NCBI GenBank assembly: GCA_963718565.1
Contig: OY970364.1
Span: 1,984,001 to 2,048,000, forward strand
Direction: 5' to 3'
DNA from: an uncultured Verrucomicrobiae bacterium
GTDB lineage: Bacteria > Chlamydiota > Chlamydiia > Chlamydiales > Rhabdochlamydiaceae
Length of the DNA stretch: 64,000 bases
Shown: positions 19,823 through 29,755 of the stretch, piece by piece
How the letters are laid out: every line of letters starts with the position of its first letter
Numbering within the stretch: position 1 is the stretch's first letter
Notes under the pieces: model-generated
What the model was told of the DNA's origin: nothing
Database searches by the model: none
What the model saw: the letters and a program-made list of their open reading frames with translations, nothing else
Position numbers and translations under genes: made by a program

Positions 19823-20679
19823 AAGAATGCGTTTTCTTCCAGCCATTGATTCAGGGCTGAAACCACGTCCTCTATCGATTCAGGCAGTTTGAGAGCGCCT
19901 TTTTTCGCTTTGATTTTTCTAAGGTAGGAAGTCCAGTTTTTCTCAAGCGTCTCGAAAGCATCCTTTCCGAATGCAACCGGCAGTTTCTTTAGAGGAGTTT
20001 TTCTGTGATGGAAAACCAGTTGGACGGCTTTTTTTGCAAGAGCGCTGTCGAGAACATCTAAGCGAATCAGTGAGTAAAGATCATGGAAGTCTTTCATCCT
20101 TGTATTGCCTCCTCCTCGGAAAACAACCGTCTCTAATTTCTCTGCAAAAATGAATTCCTTCGGATAGCAATGCAGGGAAATCCTGCTTTCAAAGAGGGGG
20201 CCTTTCGATGTGGCAATCAAATCCATCGGATATTCAATCGGCTCCACGCGGTCGCCGAATCCTAAATCCATGCGCATAACCGTTTTGGTTGCGCCGAACA
20301 ATGCTTGCAGCGTAATTTCGGCTCCTGTGTATGCGAGCTGCGAATGATCAAGAATCTTGATTTTAGCCACTTCGAAGGCAAAGCTATCATTAGCATCGAT
20401 TTCGCAAATCGCTTGCAACACAGTTCTTAAAGACTGTTCAGTATTCGATAGCTTTTGAATGAAGAAGTCAAGATCCTGCGTTTCCCTTCCAAGATGGATA
20501 TATTTTGCCAGGAGCGATCCTCCTTTCAGAACAAATTTCTCCTTGTAAGTAGAACGCGCTAAACGGGTCAGGAACCGCTCCAATATCAGATTCCTCCAAA
20601 GTTCTGCAAAGGTTGTTTCCCGCTCCTTCGCTAATGCTTTGATTTTCTCTTTGATTGATTGTTCGATTGCAGATTTCAT
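19819..20679 (-). CDS. abiEii: AbiEii-family nucleotidyltransferase toxin (type IV TA)
   Basis: LERFLTRL, FVLKGGSLL, RETQDLDF, AEKLE, TRMKDFHD. Confidence 0.9.
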   Translation of the reverse strand: MKSAIEQSIKEKIKALAKERETTFAELWRNLILERFLTRLARSTYKEKFVLKGGSLLAKYIHLGRETQDLDFFIQKLSNTEQSLRTVLQAICEIDANDSFAFEVAKIKILDHSQLAYTGAEITLQALFGATKTVMRMDLGFGDRVEPIEYPMDLIATSKGPLFESRISLHCYPKEFIFAEKLETVVFRGGGNTRMKDFHDLYSLIRLDVLDSALAKKAVQLVFHHRKTPLKKLPVAFGKDAFETLEKNWTSYLRKIKAKKGALKLPESIEDVVSALNQWLEENAFF

Positions 20680-21278
20680 AGTGTAAACGCCGAAATGTAG
20701 GGGGTTATGTCGACTCTAAGCTTCTTTGCATACCTTAGAAGCTTGTCGAGGTCTGGTTTTCTCTCTTTGCTGGTCTTTAAATAAGCTTGTAATGCCTTTA
20801 AAGCGGTTTCCTTGTCCAGATAGCGGAAAGAGTCTACGATTGTTCGTTCACGGTCGAAAATTTTGAGCTTCTGGCTGCCTATTTTAATAGTGGTCTGTCC
20901 GAAAGAAATGTTTCGCATCCGGACGATGTGAGCATTTGCCCTGGCAGGGGAGGTAGTAGCATGAGGAATGGCAATCCAAAATTCCCTCATGATTTCATCT
21001 GTCAAACCGTAATAGCATAGAGCAGAAATGAGGCAGATGACTCCGTTCGGAATGCTTAAAGCAGTTATGGCAAGGTCTTCCCATTCGAATTCAGAGTCAA
21101 AATCAAGATTGTTGATTTTATACACCCCTTTGTTGACCCGCTCGATCTGCCCCTTCGAGCAAAAATAGGCAAGCATCCTGGGAGGGATTCCCGCTTCCCT
21201 TCCTTCTGCGGAAGAAAAAACTGCTTTTTTGGACAGCGCTTTGAGCGCAGCTGAGTACTTAGATCTTATCATACCCAT
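20676..21278 (-). CDS. abiEi: AbiEi-family antitoxin
   Basis: N-terminal wHTH (GQIERVNKGVY), GVICLISALCYYGLTD, ERTIVD; 4-bp overlap with abiEii. Confidence 0.88.
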   Translation of the reverse strand: MGMIRSKYSAALKALSKKAVFSSAEGREAGIPPRMLAYFCSKGQIERVNKGVYKINNLDFDSEFEWEDLAITALSIPNGVICLISALCYYGLTDEIMREFWIAIPHATTSPARANAHIVRMRNISFGQTTIKIGSQKLKIFDRERTIVDSFRYLDKETALKALQAYLKTSKERKPDLDKLLRYAKKLRVDITPYISAFTL

Positions 21279-21327
21279 AATGTAACAGAAAAACCCATTA
21301 AGAACAAGTGGGTTTTTCTGTTACATT
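21279..21327. promoter_or_regulatory. Perfect 19-bp inverted repeat, putative AbiEi operator
   Basis: aatgtaacagaaaaaccca-11 nt-tgggtttttctgttacatt directly upstream of the abiEi start. Confidence 0.75.
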
Positions 21328-21375
21328 TTTAGCTGTGGGAATTATTAATAAGCCATTTAAAATAAGGATATTGCG

Positions 21376-21742
21376 TTAAAGAATCATCAAGCCTGTCAGA
21401 TCATAAGCTGACTCATTCAACAGCAGGAAGGCTCCGCTCAGAGCATCGACGATATCGTCATGGGTTCCTTCGGGGAAATTTTCCAACTCTCTGAAAAAAT
21501 CCTCATTCCATGGCGCTTGCAGGATTTTAATATTTCCTGTCTCGGCTTGCGAAGAGGCTGGAAGCGCTCTAGTTACTTTATCCTGCGTAGCTTTGACTGT
21601 TTTCACATTATACCCTTGCAGCGCATCCGAACTAGATAATCCGCTTCACTGACTCCAGCCTGGCCAGGGTCCTGTTCAATTCCGATCCGAACCGAAACAC
21701 CATCCTGGCTTGCTGTATTTTTGATCGCGCTTTGAACTCCTA
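21376..21742 (-). pseudogene. Phage terminase large subunit C-terminal fragment, frameshifted
   Basis: IGIEQDPGQAG...(shift near 21622)...GYNVK..DKVTRALP...FPEGTHDDIVDALSGAF nuclease-domain motif; truncated near IS1634. Confidence 0.75.
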
Positions 21743-21767
21743 GCTCCAGTTCGCCCGAGAGAGCTGA

Positions 21768-23019
21768 CCTAAGTCCCTCATAATCAACAACATTAAAATC
21801 AACCTCTGCTTTCGTAAGTCCCTTATTTTTAATGCTTTGCTGTTTTTGCGAATTTGTAGTGACTGAAAATCTGTAAAATAATTATTTCATGTTTAAATAA
21901 ATTCGATCCATCGGTAAGATCTGAGGGCATGTATATAAGGAAAACCCTCAAGACAGACCATAAGAGCGGAAAAACCTACTCTGCTTTTCACTTGGTTGAG
22001 TCCGTGAGGACTGACCCTACAAACAATGATCGCGAGCCTAAGTATTCACTCGTCTCTAATCAAGCCAACTATTGTATTGGATGCAGGGATTGCTACCGAA
22101 GAGAATCTGACCTGGTTACGCAAGAATAGATATACGTATGTTGTCTCAGCAAGACAAGATCCTCCCGTTGTTGAATTTGAAGGACAATTAGTCTCAGTAG
22201 GTGATCAGCATGACCTAGTAAAAGCTGCCTTGATCAGTCAGGATGGTAATGAGGAAAATTGGCTCTATTGCGAATCTGAAGCAAAAGCAGCGGTCGCCTC
22301 AGGGATGAAGAAAAAATTTAGAAAACGATTTGAAGATGATCTACAAAAACTTGCGAATGGTCTTTCCAAACCTAAAGGGCGCAAGAAGCATAACAAAGTG
22401 CTTGAACGGGTAGGTCGGCTCAAGGAAAAGCATAAGAGAATTTCAGGATGCTATGAAGTCAATGCAATTCCTTCAGAAGATGGGCTCACCACAATTGCTG
22501 TGGAATGGAAGGTGATCGAAGAAAAAATGCAAGAAAAGCTCACTGGCTCCTATTTTCTGAGAACAAATCGAACCGATTTGGAAGCAAAAGAGTTATGGCA
22601 ATTGTATAATGTTCTCAGAAGCGTTGAGGATGCGTTTCGATTTATGAAATCCTCATTAGGATTGCGTCCAGTCTATCACCAGAAGGAACATCGAGTGGAC
22701 GGGCATTTATGGATCACCATACTTGCCTACCATCTAATCCAACACTGCAGGCACCAATTAATTCGAAAAGGGATAAACTATTTGTGGCAGACAATACGCA
22801 ATATCATGATTACTCGAGTCCGAGTAACTGTGCGGGCCAAGACAACAGAAGGCAGGGTGCTCTACCACCGCAGCACTACAAAGGCAGAAGGCGAGCAAAT
22901 AGAGATTTACAGGGCGCTGGGATTATCGTCTTCAATTCTCAGAGGTCATAAAACACTCGTTTAATTCAAGATGTAGTGACGAATTTGCATAGCTCCTCTG
23001 GGAAAGCCGCGAACTTGGG
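21768..23019 (+). mobile_element. IS1634-family element with internally deleted transposase
   Basis: Ends cctaagtcc / gaacttggg; N-terminus MYIRKT..HLVESVRT (21929) joined out of frame to IVLDAGIATEENL...VEDAFRFMK (22026-22964). Confidence 0.85.
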
Positions 23020-23175
23020 TTAGCGAAAATCATGCATGCTTCAACGCATTGAAAGTGCCTGTTTTTTGATGCAAAGATGGCAAAACAAGCTTTTGTCCGT
23101 AGCATTAAAGTAGTTAGCACTGGATTGGCAAGTGCTTTTTTTACGAGGAGTTTTACAATTCCATCTTACGTGTAA

Positions 23176-24540
23176 TTATCTTTTTTTGACTTCAATGACA
23201 GTGCCTGTCATCGACTTTTGTTTGAGGAGGTTGAGGATCTCAGAAGCAACCTCTTTGGGATCAAGAAGTGTGGAAGGGCTTTCATCGGGAAAATTTTCTA
23301 GGCGCATGGGAGTATGGGTACGTTGTGGGACGAGAACATTGATAAATAAATTGGATCTTTCTTCTGCTAATCCTTGAGTAAAATTAACAACGGCAGCTTT
23401 TGCGCTAGAATAGATCGCGTAATTCTTTTTTCCGCGAATATAGCTTGAAGATGCAATATTAACGATATGCCCGCCTTCTTTGAGATGCGCGCATTTACAG
23501 CTATAAATAACAGCTGTCAAATTGATTGCGATAAGAAGATCGATTTCTTCCGAAGAAAGCTGATCGAGCTCTCTTGTCTTGAGCAGCCCAACGCTATTGA
23601 TCAGTCCGTCAAGGGGGCCGTGTTCATGGAGAATTTTGTTAAACATTGCGCGAGTATCCGCATAAGAGGTCAAATCGGCAGCATAATTTGGGGAAGAGCG
23701 TGAAAGAGAAATCGGAATTGCACCTTCTTCTTTTAAAAGATTGCAAACAGCCGTCCCTATTCCTCCCGTTCCTCCAGTAATGACGAATCGTTTACCTAAT
23801 AAACAGTGTTGTTTTGTCAGAGCGGAAGAAGAAAAGTGCCTGAGGCGTAAAATCTGTTCTGCGAGCACAAGATCAAGTTCCGAAGTGATTTTAATGTTCT
23901 CTTCGCTTCCCATCACAATATGCACGGGATGCCCAGCTTTTAAAACCAGAGAGCAATCGTCAGAATGATCGCTAATCCCATGTTCTTTAGCTTTGAGATG
24001 GGCTTGAAGAATCAGTGAATAATCGAAACTCTGGGGAGTTTGTCCGCGTAAATATTCGCAGCGATTGGGGATAGTATTGATTGTTTTGTCGACAACGTGA
24101 ACAAGTGTATCTGCTGAAGGAATGCAAGTATCGACTGCTTTGTATTGGATCGCTTTTGCGACATTTTCTTTTAGGATTGCCTCAGTGATAAGAGGGCGGA
24201 CACCATCGTGGATCACGACAATTTGCGTTTCTCTCCCACAGGCTTGCAAACCTTTTAACGAAGATTCTTGCCGGGTCGCACCGCCTTCGATGATGGTCAT
24301 CTTTGAAAAAGCATAGTCGGCGAGGTCCCCCTTGACCTGTTCCATCCATGCTGCGGGACAAACAAGCAGAATTTCTTCAAATAAGTTTGCCTCTAAGAAA
24401 ACTTCTAAAGTGTGGAGATAGACTTTTTTTCCAGCTAGTCGATGGAATTGCTTAGGAATTCCACCTCCGAAACGCAGTCCTGTTCCACCCATGAGTAGGA
24501 TGGCTTTAACTCCTTTTTTCTTTATCTCGCTGTTGAGCAA
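23176..24540 (-). CDS. Bifunctional IspD/TarI-type cytidylyltransferase fused to an SDR reductase (Bcs1-like)
   Basis: GGTGLRFG..PKQF, HDGVRP, GQTPQSF, NIKIT followed by TGGTGGIG, NIASSS, YSSAK. Confidence 0.82.
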   Translation of the reverse strand: MLNSEIKKKGVKAILLMGGTGLRFGGGIPKQFHRLAGKKVYLHTLEVFLEANLFEEILLVCPAAWMEQVKGDLADYAFSKMTIIEGGATRQESSLKGLQACGRETQIVVIHDGVRPLITEAILKENVAKAIQYKAVDTCIPSADTLVHVVDKTINTIPNRCEYLRGQTPQSFDYSLILQAHLKAKEHGISDHSDDCSLVLKAGHPVHIVMGSEENIKITSELDLVLAEQILRLRHFSSSALTKQHCLLGKRFVITGGTGGIGTAVCNLLKEEGAIPISLSRSSPNYAADLTSYADTRAMFNKILHEHGPLDGLINSVGLLKTRELDQLSSEEIDLLIAINLTAVIYSCKCAHLKEGGHIVNIASSSYIRGKKNYAIYSSAKAAVVNFTQGLAEERSNLFINVLVPQRTHTPMRLENFPDESPSTLLDPKEVASEILNLLKQKSMTGTVIEVKKR

Positions 24541-24582
24541 AATGCACCTATTTCGATAAATTATTTGGGCTGACGTTTTTTT

Positions 24583-24655
24583 GCCTAAGTAGCTCAGCTG
24601 GTAGAGCAGCGCATTCGTAATGCGGAGGTCGTCGGTTCGATCCCGGCCTTAGGCA
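24583..24655 (+). tRNA. tRNA-Thr(CGT)
   Basis: gcctaag...cttaggc acceptor stem; loop ttCGTaa; ggttcgatcc. Confidence 0.9.
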
Positions 24656-24660
24656 TCTGA

Positions 24661-24966
24661 TTAGCCATGTGCAGGGTGAAACTCAAGCTCCAAACCACAA
24701 GCCTTGATCGCGCTAACAAGCGTTGAAAACCTAGCTTTACCTTTTCGAGAGAGGCTTCGATAGAAACTTTCTCGACTTACTTCCATTTTAGAAGAGATCT
24801 TTCCCATGCCTCCATGAGCTTCAACAACATCGCGAACAGCCAGTTGAAAGATGCCCATATTTTTTGTTTCAAAGCTTTCCTCTAAACATGCATTTAAATA
24901 AGCAGATGCATATTCAGCATCCCTGAGTTTTTCGATTAAATGTTCTTTATAATTTCTATATCTCAT
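24661..24966 (-). CDS. Addiction-module antidote protein (HTH, HI1420/HigA-like)
   Basis: MRYRNYKEHL..YLNACLE..AVRDVVEAHGGM..SRESFYRSLS..FSTL. Confidence 0.8.
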   Translation of the reverse strand: MRYRNYKEHLIEKLRDAEYASAYLNACLEESFETKNMGIFQLAVRDVVEAHGGMGKISSKMEVSRESFYRSLSRKGKARFSTLVSAIKACGLELEFHPAHG

Positions 24967-25202
24967 GAAAGTTTCCGTTTCCAGCCCGAAATAAATTCTA
25001 TAACCTGGCCCAAAATCAAGTTTCAACTCATAGACACCATCCCGAAGAAGCTTACAATTACCAATATTCCCTCTTTCTCTTATTCTAGCAAGCCTGGCAT
25101 CTATCCTAATCGTAATGGCTTTGTCTAAACCTTTTTCCCATTCAGTATGGGTTCCTTTCCTGCAACCGTTCGATACAGTTCAATTTGGTAAGGTTTTGTC
25201 AT
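24967..25202 (-). pseudogene. RelE/HigB-like killer toxin (HI1419-type), frameshifted and C-terminally deleted
   Basis: MTKPYQIELYRTVAGKEP (shift ~25148) TEWEKGLD..RLARI..GN.G..GVYELKLDFGPGYRIYFG; runs in frame into the antitoxin. Confidence 0.75.
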
Positions 25203-25420
25203 TGGCGTCTACCTCTATCATTATTGTATCCAAATGGCTACATTTATGCAAAGGAGAGATTTCTAAGTGTAAGCCCGAAATAGAAGTGTCATGCCAAAGA
25301 ACATTTTTTAAGCATGTTAGAGCTAAATACGAGAAAATCAATAGGTTAGAATAAATTGAAAACAAAAAAGACAAAAGACATTCTTCTTGCTTGATAAGCT
25401 CACATTGGAGGATTTCTTTT

Positions 25421-26539
25421 ATGTCGGATCAAAAAATTTCTGTTTTATTAACATTATCTCTACTTTCTGCCCCTATTTCTCTCCCAGCAGCCATGCCTTC
25501 TTATATCAGAGAAAATTCCCCCTCTACTGCTATCGCATCTACCTCTTTTTCTCAGCGCGCGTCCATCCGCAGAACGAGGCATCAACTGGCTGTTCAGCCC
25601 GTGCTGCAGCCTATGGGAATCTATGTCGGAGAACTTCAGGAAAAATGGCGGTTTCCATCCGATCACTTACCCATCGGCATGACATTCGAAGACCTCCACA
25701 TTGCCTCTTGGAATGTACTTGATACCAAATATATGAGCTGGGTCACTGAAAAAAATTCTCAAGGCCTCAGCCATTCTTTAATCGCTGATGAGCACGTTTA
25801 TATTGGGGATTCCAAGCTCACTGTCCGAGATCGGCATGTCGTAGATCTCATTCTCGAAACACTCTCTCATCCTACCCATCCGCGCAGCATCCTCTCTCTA
25901 CAGGAATGTGGGAAACCTTTCTTAGAAGAACTTCGTTCTAAACTTCCCGCTCATTTCGAGCTGACCTCAAATCACGGAAATGCTGTACTCCTGGATAAAC
26001 GCTGCTTTGAAGTGATAGAAGCCAAGGAAGTATCCGGAGTCTTCTCAGATGCCCCTTTCAGAACGCTCCAAGACATCCGAATCCGTCGCTTAAGTAACGG
26101 GCAAACGATGAGACTTGTGAATGTGCATTTGCCAGGCGATCCCACTAAACCCAGTCATTTCGAATTCGCTGAATATTTACATCGCACATTCGATCCCAAC
26201 ATCACTATCCTTGCCATGGGAGACATGAATTTTGATGAATTAGAGATGTCCGATGCAATGGCAAAGACTTTTTACAATCATTCTCCTTTTTCACTTTACT
26301 CTCCCTATCCCACAAATATTTCTCCCAATGTCTTCAGGTCGAAGGTAATCGACCATTTTCTCGTCTATTCCCCCAATAGATCTTCAGTAACATTGAATGC
26401 TCTTGACCAGATTATGTCTGAGCTGACTCCTATGGCAGCTCTTTTGAGTGGAAAGGCACTCCACCAAAAGAGATCGCAGAAATTGGGAACAAATATCTAT
26501 ACTGCGCCCAGTCTATATCACATTTTTCGAGATAATTGA
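25421..26539 (+). CDS. Endonuclease/exonuclease/phosphatase-family protein, probably secreted
   Basis: SWNV, LSLQE, NVHL, MGDMN, IDHF motifs; hydrophobic N-terminus. Confidence 0.65.
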   Translation: MSDQKISVLLTLSLLSAPISLPAAMPSYIRENSPSTAIASTSFSQRASIRRTRHQLAVQPVLQPMGIYVGELQEKWRFPSDHLPIGMTFEDLHIASWNVLDTKYMSWVTEKNSQGLSHSLIADEHVYIGDSKLTVRDRHVVDLILETLSHPTHPRSILSLQECGKPFLEELRSKLPAHFELTSNHGNAVLLDKRCFEVIEAKEVSGVFSDAPFRTLQDIRIRRLSNGQTMRLVNVHLPGDPTKPSHFEFAEYLHRTFDPNITILAMGDMNFDELEMSDAMAKTFYNHSPFSLYSPYPTNISPNVFRSKVIDHFLVYSPNRSSVTLNALDQIMSELTPMAALLSGKALHQKRSQKLGTNIYTAPSLYHIFRDN

Positions 26540-26626
26540 TTCTTTGTGTGAAAGGAGGATGATCTTCATCTTTTAAATAGTTTCCATTCGGATCATATTT
26601 TTTCAAAAGATCGAGGAAGCCTATCC

Positions 26627-26702
26627 ATGGCCGCGGAGAAAATTGAAAACAGGTTGACAGAGCAGGTAATAGATGCTGCAATCGAGGTCCATCGAACATT
26701 GG
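26627..26702 (+). pseudogene. GxxExxY-family protein N-terminal fragment
   Basis: GAGGA RBS then MAAEKIENRLTEQVIDAAIEVHRTL; 49 bp identical to 57145-57193 (inverted). Confidence 0.65.
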
Positions 26703-26712
26703 ATTCTATCAC

Positions 26713-28053
26713 TCAATCTCTTGATAGGCTTGAAACGAATTCGTCCAATTTCTTATTCATGAGTTGGCGATTTGGACATTGATTCACTACAACAGCAAAA
26801 ACAGTATCGCCTGAATACCCTACGTAACCTTTGATGAGAGACATGGAACCGGGTTTTGCTTTTACTGAAGGCCGGTTTTGTGGCAAGGATTGAAAAAATA
26901 AAGGAAAGCAATCCGATGATTTGATTCGCAGCAGGATTTCGACAAATTGCTTCGCTGTGACTAGATTCTTTCTGGAAAGGCCAGACCCATCAACCATGTT
27001 AAAGCCATTCAAATCCACACCACGAGAAAGCCAGAAATTTGTGACCGTTTTGATTCCTGCAGAAGTGGATCCTTCTTTGTAAACGACCTCGCCCATTTTT
27101 TTCAGAAGGTGTTCTGCGTACAAATTAATACTTTTCTGATTTGTCCAATAGACAATCTCCCCAACAGTAGGGGATTGCGTTGTATGAAATACCACTCTTT
27201 CATTTGTTGGCTCTATTTCTTGCTGACCAATGGAAATCCCTCTTTTTTGGAGTTCTTTAGTCAGCAAATCAGCGCAGTAGGTGGCGGGGTCTGGTATTGC
27301 CCCTTTGATCGCAAATTCGTCAACAGCTGCTGGAATAGTCCCGCGGATGAATTGTAGGGAAGAAAACTCGGATCCATAGATGCAGGCGCAATCGCCAGAT
27401 CCCTCTGGCCCTGTTTTTACTTCATTCTGGAAAGCGAGCATGGAGACTGGAGGGTCTGTTCTCAACAGGATGGCATTTTCCCCAACCTTCCGATCAGGCT
27501 TGAAAAAAAGGGAATAGCAGTTTTCATGAAAGGACAAGGCACATGCTCCTGCTCCATAGTAATTCCCTAAATCTTCCCAAGACCAACTCGGAACAGCAAG
27601 CGCTTTTTCCCATTGTGTTGCATCTCCGACTACTTTTCCTTCCACCCTTTGAATTCCCAGTTTTTGAATTGCATCTGCCCATACCTCTATTTGTTTTTCC
27701 CAGGAAAGGGCTCCAGTTATTCGGTCAGAGCCTAAACAGGGATCTCCTCCGCCTCGAATGTATATATTCCCTTTGAGAATCTTGTCAGGGCCGATCACTC
27801 CATTGTATTCTAAATGGGTTTCAAAACGATGATCAGCTCCTAAGATATGGAGAGCAGCTGCGGTCGTAACCACTTTCATGCAAGATGCAGGGACCAGGCT
27901 TAAATCACTGTTTTTATCGATTAAAACCTCTCCTGTGTTACTATTCACTGCATAGATCCCGACGATGGAGTGTTCTAAAGAGTATAGGTCTTCAGCGTGT
28001 AAGGAGGGCATGCATAATGCGTAAGTGATAAGTAGAGAAAGAGTGAGCTGCAT
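26713..28053 (-). CDS. dacB: D-Ala-D-Ala carboxypeptidase/endopeptidase (PBP4, peptidase S13)
   Basis: PASCMK, GGGDP, SINLYAE, DGSGLSRKN, AKPGS. Confidence 0.9.
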   Translation of the reverse strand: MQLTLSLLITYALCMPSLHAEDLYSLEHSIVGIYAVNSNTGEVLIDKNSDLSLVPASCMKVVTTAAALHILGADHRFETHLEYNGVIGPDKILKGNIYIRGGGDPCLGSDRITGALSWEKQIEVWADAIQKLGIQRVEGKVVGDATQWEKALAVPSWSWEDLGNYYGAGACALSFHENCYSLFFKPDRKVGENAILLRTDPPVSMLAFQNEVKTGPEGSGDCACIYGSEFSSLQFIRGTIPAAVDEFAIKGAIPDPATYCADLLTKELQKRGISIGQQEIEPTNERVVFHTTQSPTVGEIVYWTNQKSINLYAEHLLKKMGEVVYKEGSTSAGIKTVTNFWLSRGVDLNGFNMVDGSGLSRKNLVTAKQFVEILLRIKSSDCFPLFFQSLPQNRPSVKAKPGSMSLIKGYVGYSGDTVFAVVVNQCPNRQLMNKKLDEFVSSLSRD

Positions 28054-28062
28054 GCGTTTATC

Positions 28063-29145
28063 CTATTTTGCTTCGATTTTGAGGATAACGCTTTGCATGT
28101 TTTTATGTAAGAATTCTGCGCGCTTGCGGGCGACTTCTTGAGAATCGGTCATTTGCTGTTCATGTAACAAGTGCAGCAAATGAGCGCGGCGGCATTGAAA
28201 GAAGAGTGTATTGAGCTTGGCGTCGGTGATTCCTTCGATCCAATCGAGCTGCAGACCGAATTTCATTAGACTTAAAGCGTTGAGCGCTTCTTTTGTTTGT
28301 AATTGATACGAATGAAGAAGTAATCCGAAAGAGCGGCTGACTTGGTCTTTAATCTCTGCATTGTGATCGCTCTGCAAATGAGAGCGCAGCGTTTTCTCGA
28401 CGGCCATTAATTTCATCGACATCGAATGGATGGAATGCAAGATTGCCTCTTCATTAATTCCAAGAGTGTAGGTATTACTGATGACGACGATGTCACCGAT
28501 CAACTCCTCTAAAGTCCCTCCCATTCCCGTGACAGTGATTTCTTCTTCCTTTTGTTTTGTCAATATCTCCTGTAACTGATGAGTATGGATCAGCGCCGGC
28601 AGGTGGAGAAACGCATGTACGGACAGTCCAGTTCCGCAAAGAAAAGGGTCAGAGGTCAGGTGCCCAAATTTAGGAGAAAAAGAAAATTCTATAGAGGACC
28701 CGATTGCCGTCTCCATTTCGCTTAATTTATTCCAGACTTTTTCCCAATTTCCCGTGCAATCGACAAGTTGCAATTGAAGATGATCCTGAATGTTGAGTTT
28801 GGCAAGAAAGCTGCCTGAATTATCGACGACAAACCCTTGTCCGGCAAGCGTATTTTGAAACCCTTCTAAGCATAAAAAGTGTTCAAAAAGATATTCCTTA
28901 TCTAGAGCGCTGACTTCTTCTGCCTTCAATAGGACAAGCCCATCCAGAAAAGAAGATTTAAGAAGTTGATCCTTTAACAAAGTAAGCGTTTGTTCAAATT
29001 GCCGTTCATCCATCTTTGGGGGGAAATTGAATTTATTTACGTTGCGATGCAATAAAAAAGAAGTGGCGAGCCAGACAGGGTTGGTTTCTTTTTCCCAAGG
29101 AGTATGTTCGAGAAGAGGTTGAGGAAGTTTAATTTTTTCCGTCAT
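28063..29145 (-). CDS. mcsB: Protein-arginine kinase (ATP:guanido phosphotransferase family)
   Basis: QDHLQL, FGHLTSDP..CGTGL, HLPAL, ISNTYTLG; adjacent to mcsA. Confidence 0.88.
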   Translation of the reverse strand: MTEKIKLPQPLLEHTPWEKETNPVWLATSFLLHRNVNKFNFPPKMDERQFEQTLTLLKDQLLKSSFLDGLVLLKAEEVSALDKEYLFEHFLCLEGFQNTLAGQGFVVDNSGSFLAKLNIQDHLQLQLVDCTGNWEKVWNKLSEMETAIGSSIEFSFSPKFGHLTSDPFLCGTGLSVHAFLHLPALIHTHQLQEILTKQKEEEITVTGMGGTLEELIGDIVVISNTYTLGINEEAILHSIHSMSMKLMAVEKTLRSHLQSDHNAEIKDQVSRSFGLLLHSYQLQTKEALNALSLMKFGLQLDWIEGITDAKLNTLFFQCRRAHLLHLLHEQQMTDSQEVARKRAEFLHKNMQSVILKIEAK

Positions 29146-29662
29146 TGGGGCCTTTTTCTGTCAGGACTTTAATCTGATCGCGGATCCATGCAGCTTGTTC
29201 ATAATTTTCTTTCTTCAAGGCTTCGTTCAGAGCTTCATTCAAAGCAGTCAAACGGCTTGCAGTAGGAATGGTCAAAGTTTTACCGGGTGATTTTCCCAAA
29301 TGCAGTGGCTGTATTTTTTTGGACTGGAGATCTTTTTTTAAGCGCGAAGGGAGTTTGTCCGCAGAAATTAATTCAGAAATAAGGACATCAGCGAAGATCG
29401 CGTAACATTCGCTACAGCCGAGCGGATTTCCCATTTTGATGGATTCTAGGGAAGTTCGACAGTGGCCGCAACAAAGTCCTGCTTCAGCCTCCGTCAGTCC
29501 TTCATGAGGTTGTAACTTAGCCATTTGACCATGAAGTTTTTGTTGCAGGACAGGGCAGTCAGCGCACATCTCAGCGATGACTAGGGAATGATCGATGATT
29601 TCCTTGTAGATGACCTTGACCGATCTTTTACACTGGCTGCATTCGACAGGTTTTTCAGGCAT
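29129..29662 (-). CDS. mcsA: McsA-like protein (CxxC motifs and UVR domain)
   Basis: CSQC, CADC, CGHC, GCSECY, ENYEQAAWIRDQI. Confidence 0.9.
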   Translation of the reverse strand: MPEKPVECSQCKRSVKVIYKEIIDHSLVIAEMCADCPVLQQKLHGQMAKLQPHEGLTEAEAGLCCGHCRTSLESIKMGNPLGCSECYAIFADVLISELISADKLPSRLKKDLQSKKIQPLHLGKSPGKTLTIPTASRLTALNEALNEALKKENYEQAAWIRDQIKVLTEKGPNDGKN

Positions 29663-29755
29663 TAATCACATTCTCCAAAGAATAGCGAGAGCTTCTTACT
29701 CTCCCCATAAAATCGGATTCTAGGAAAATGGCAAGGTTAAGCTCAATAAATTTCT

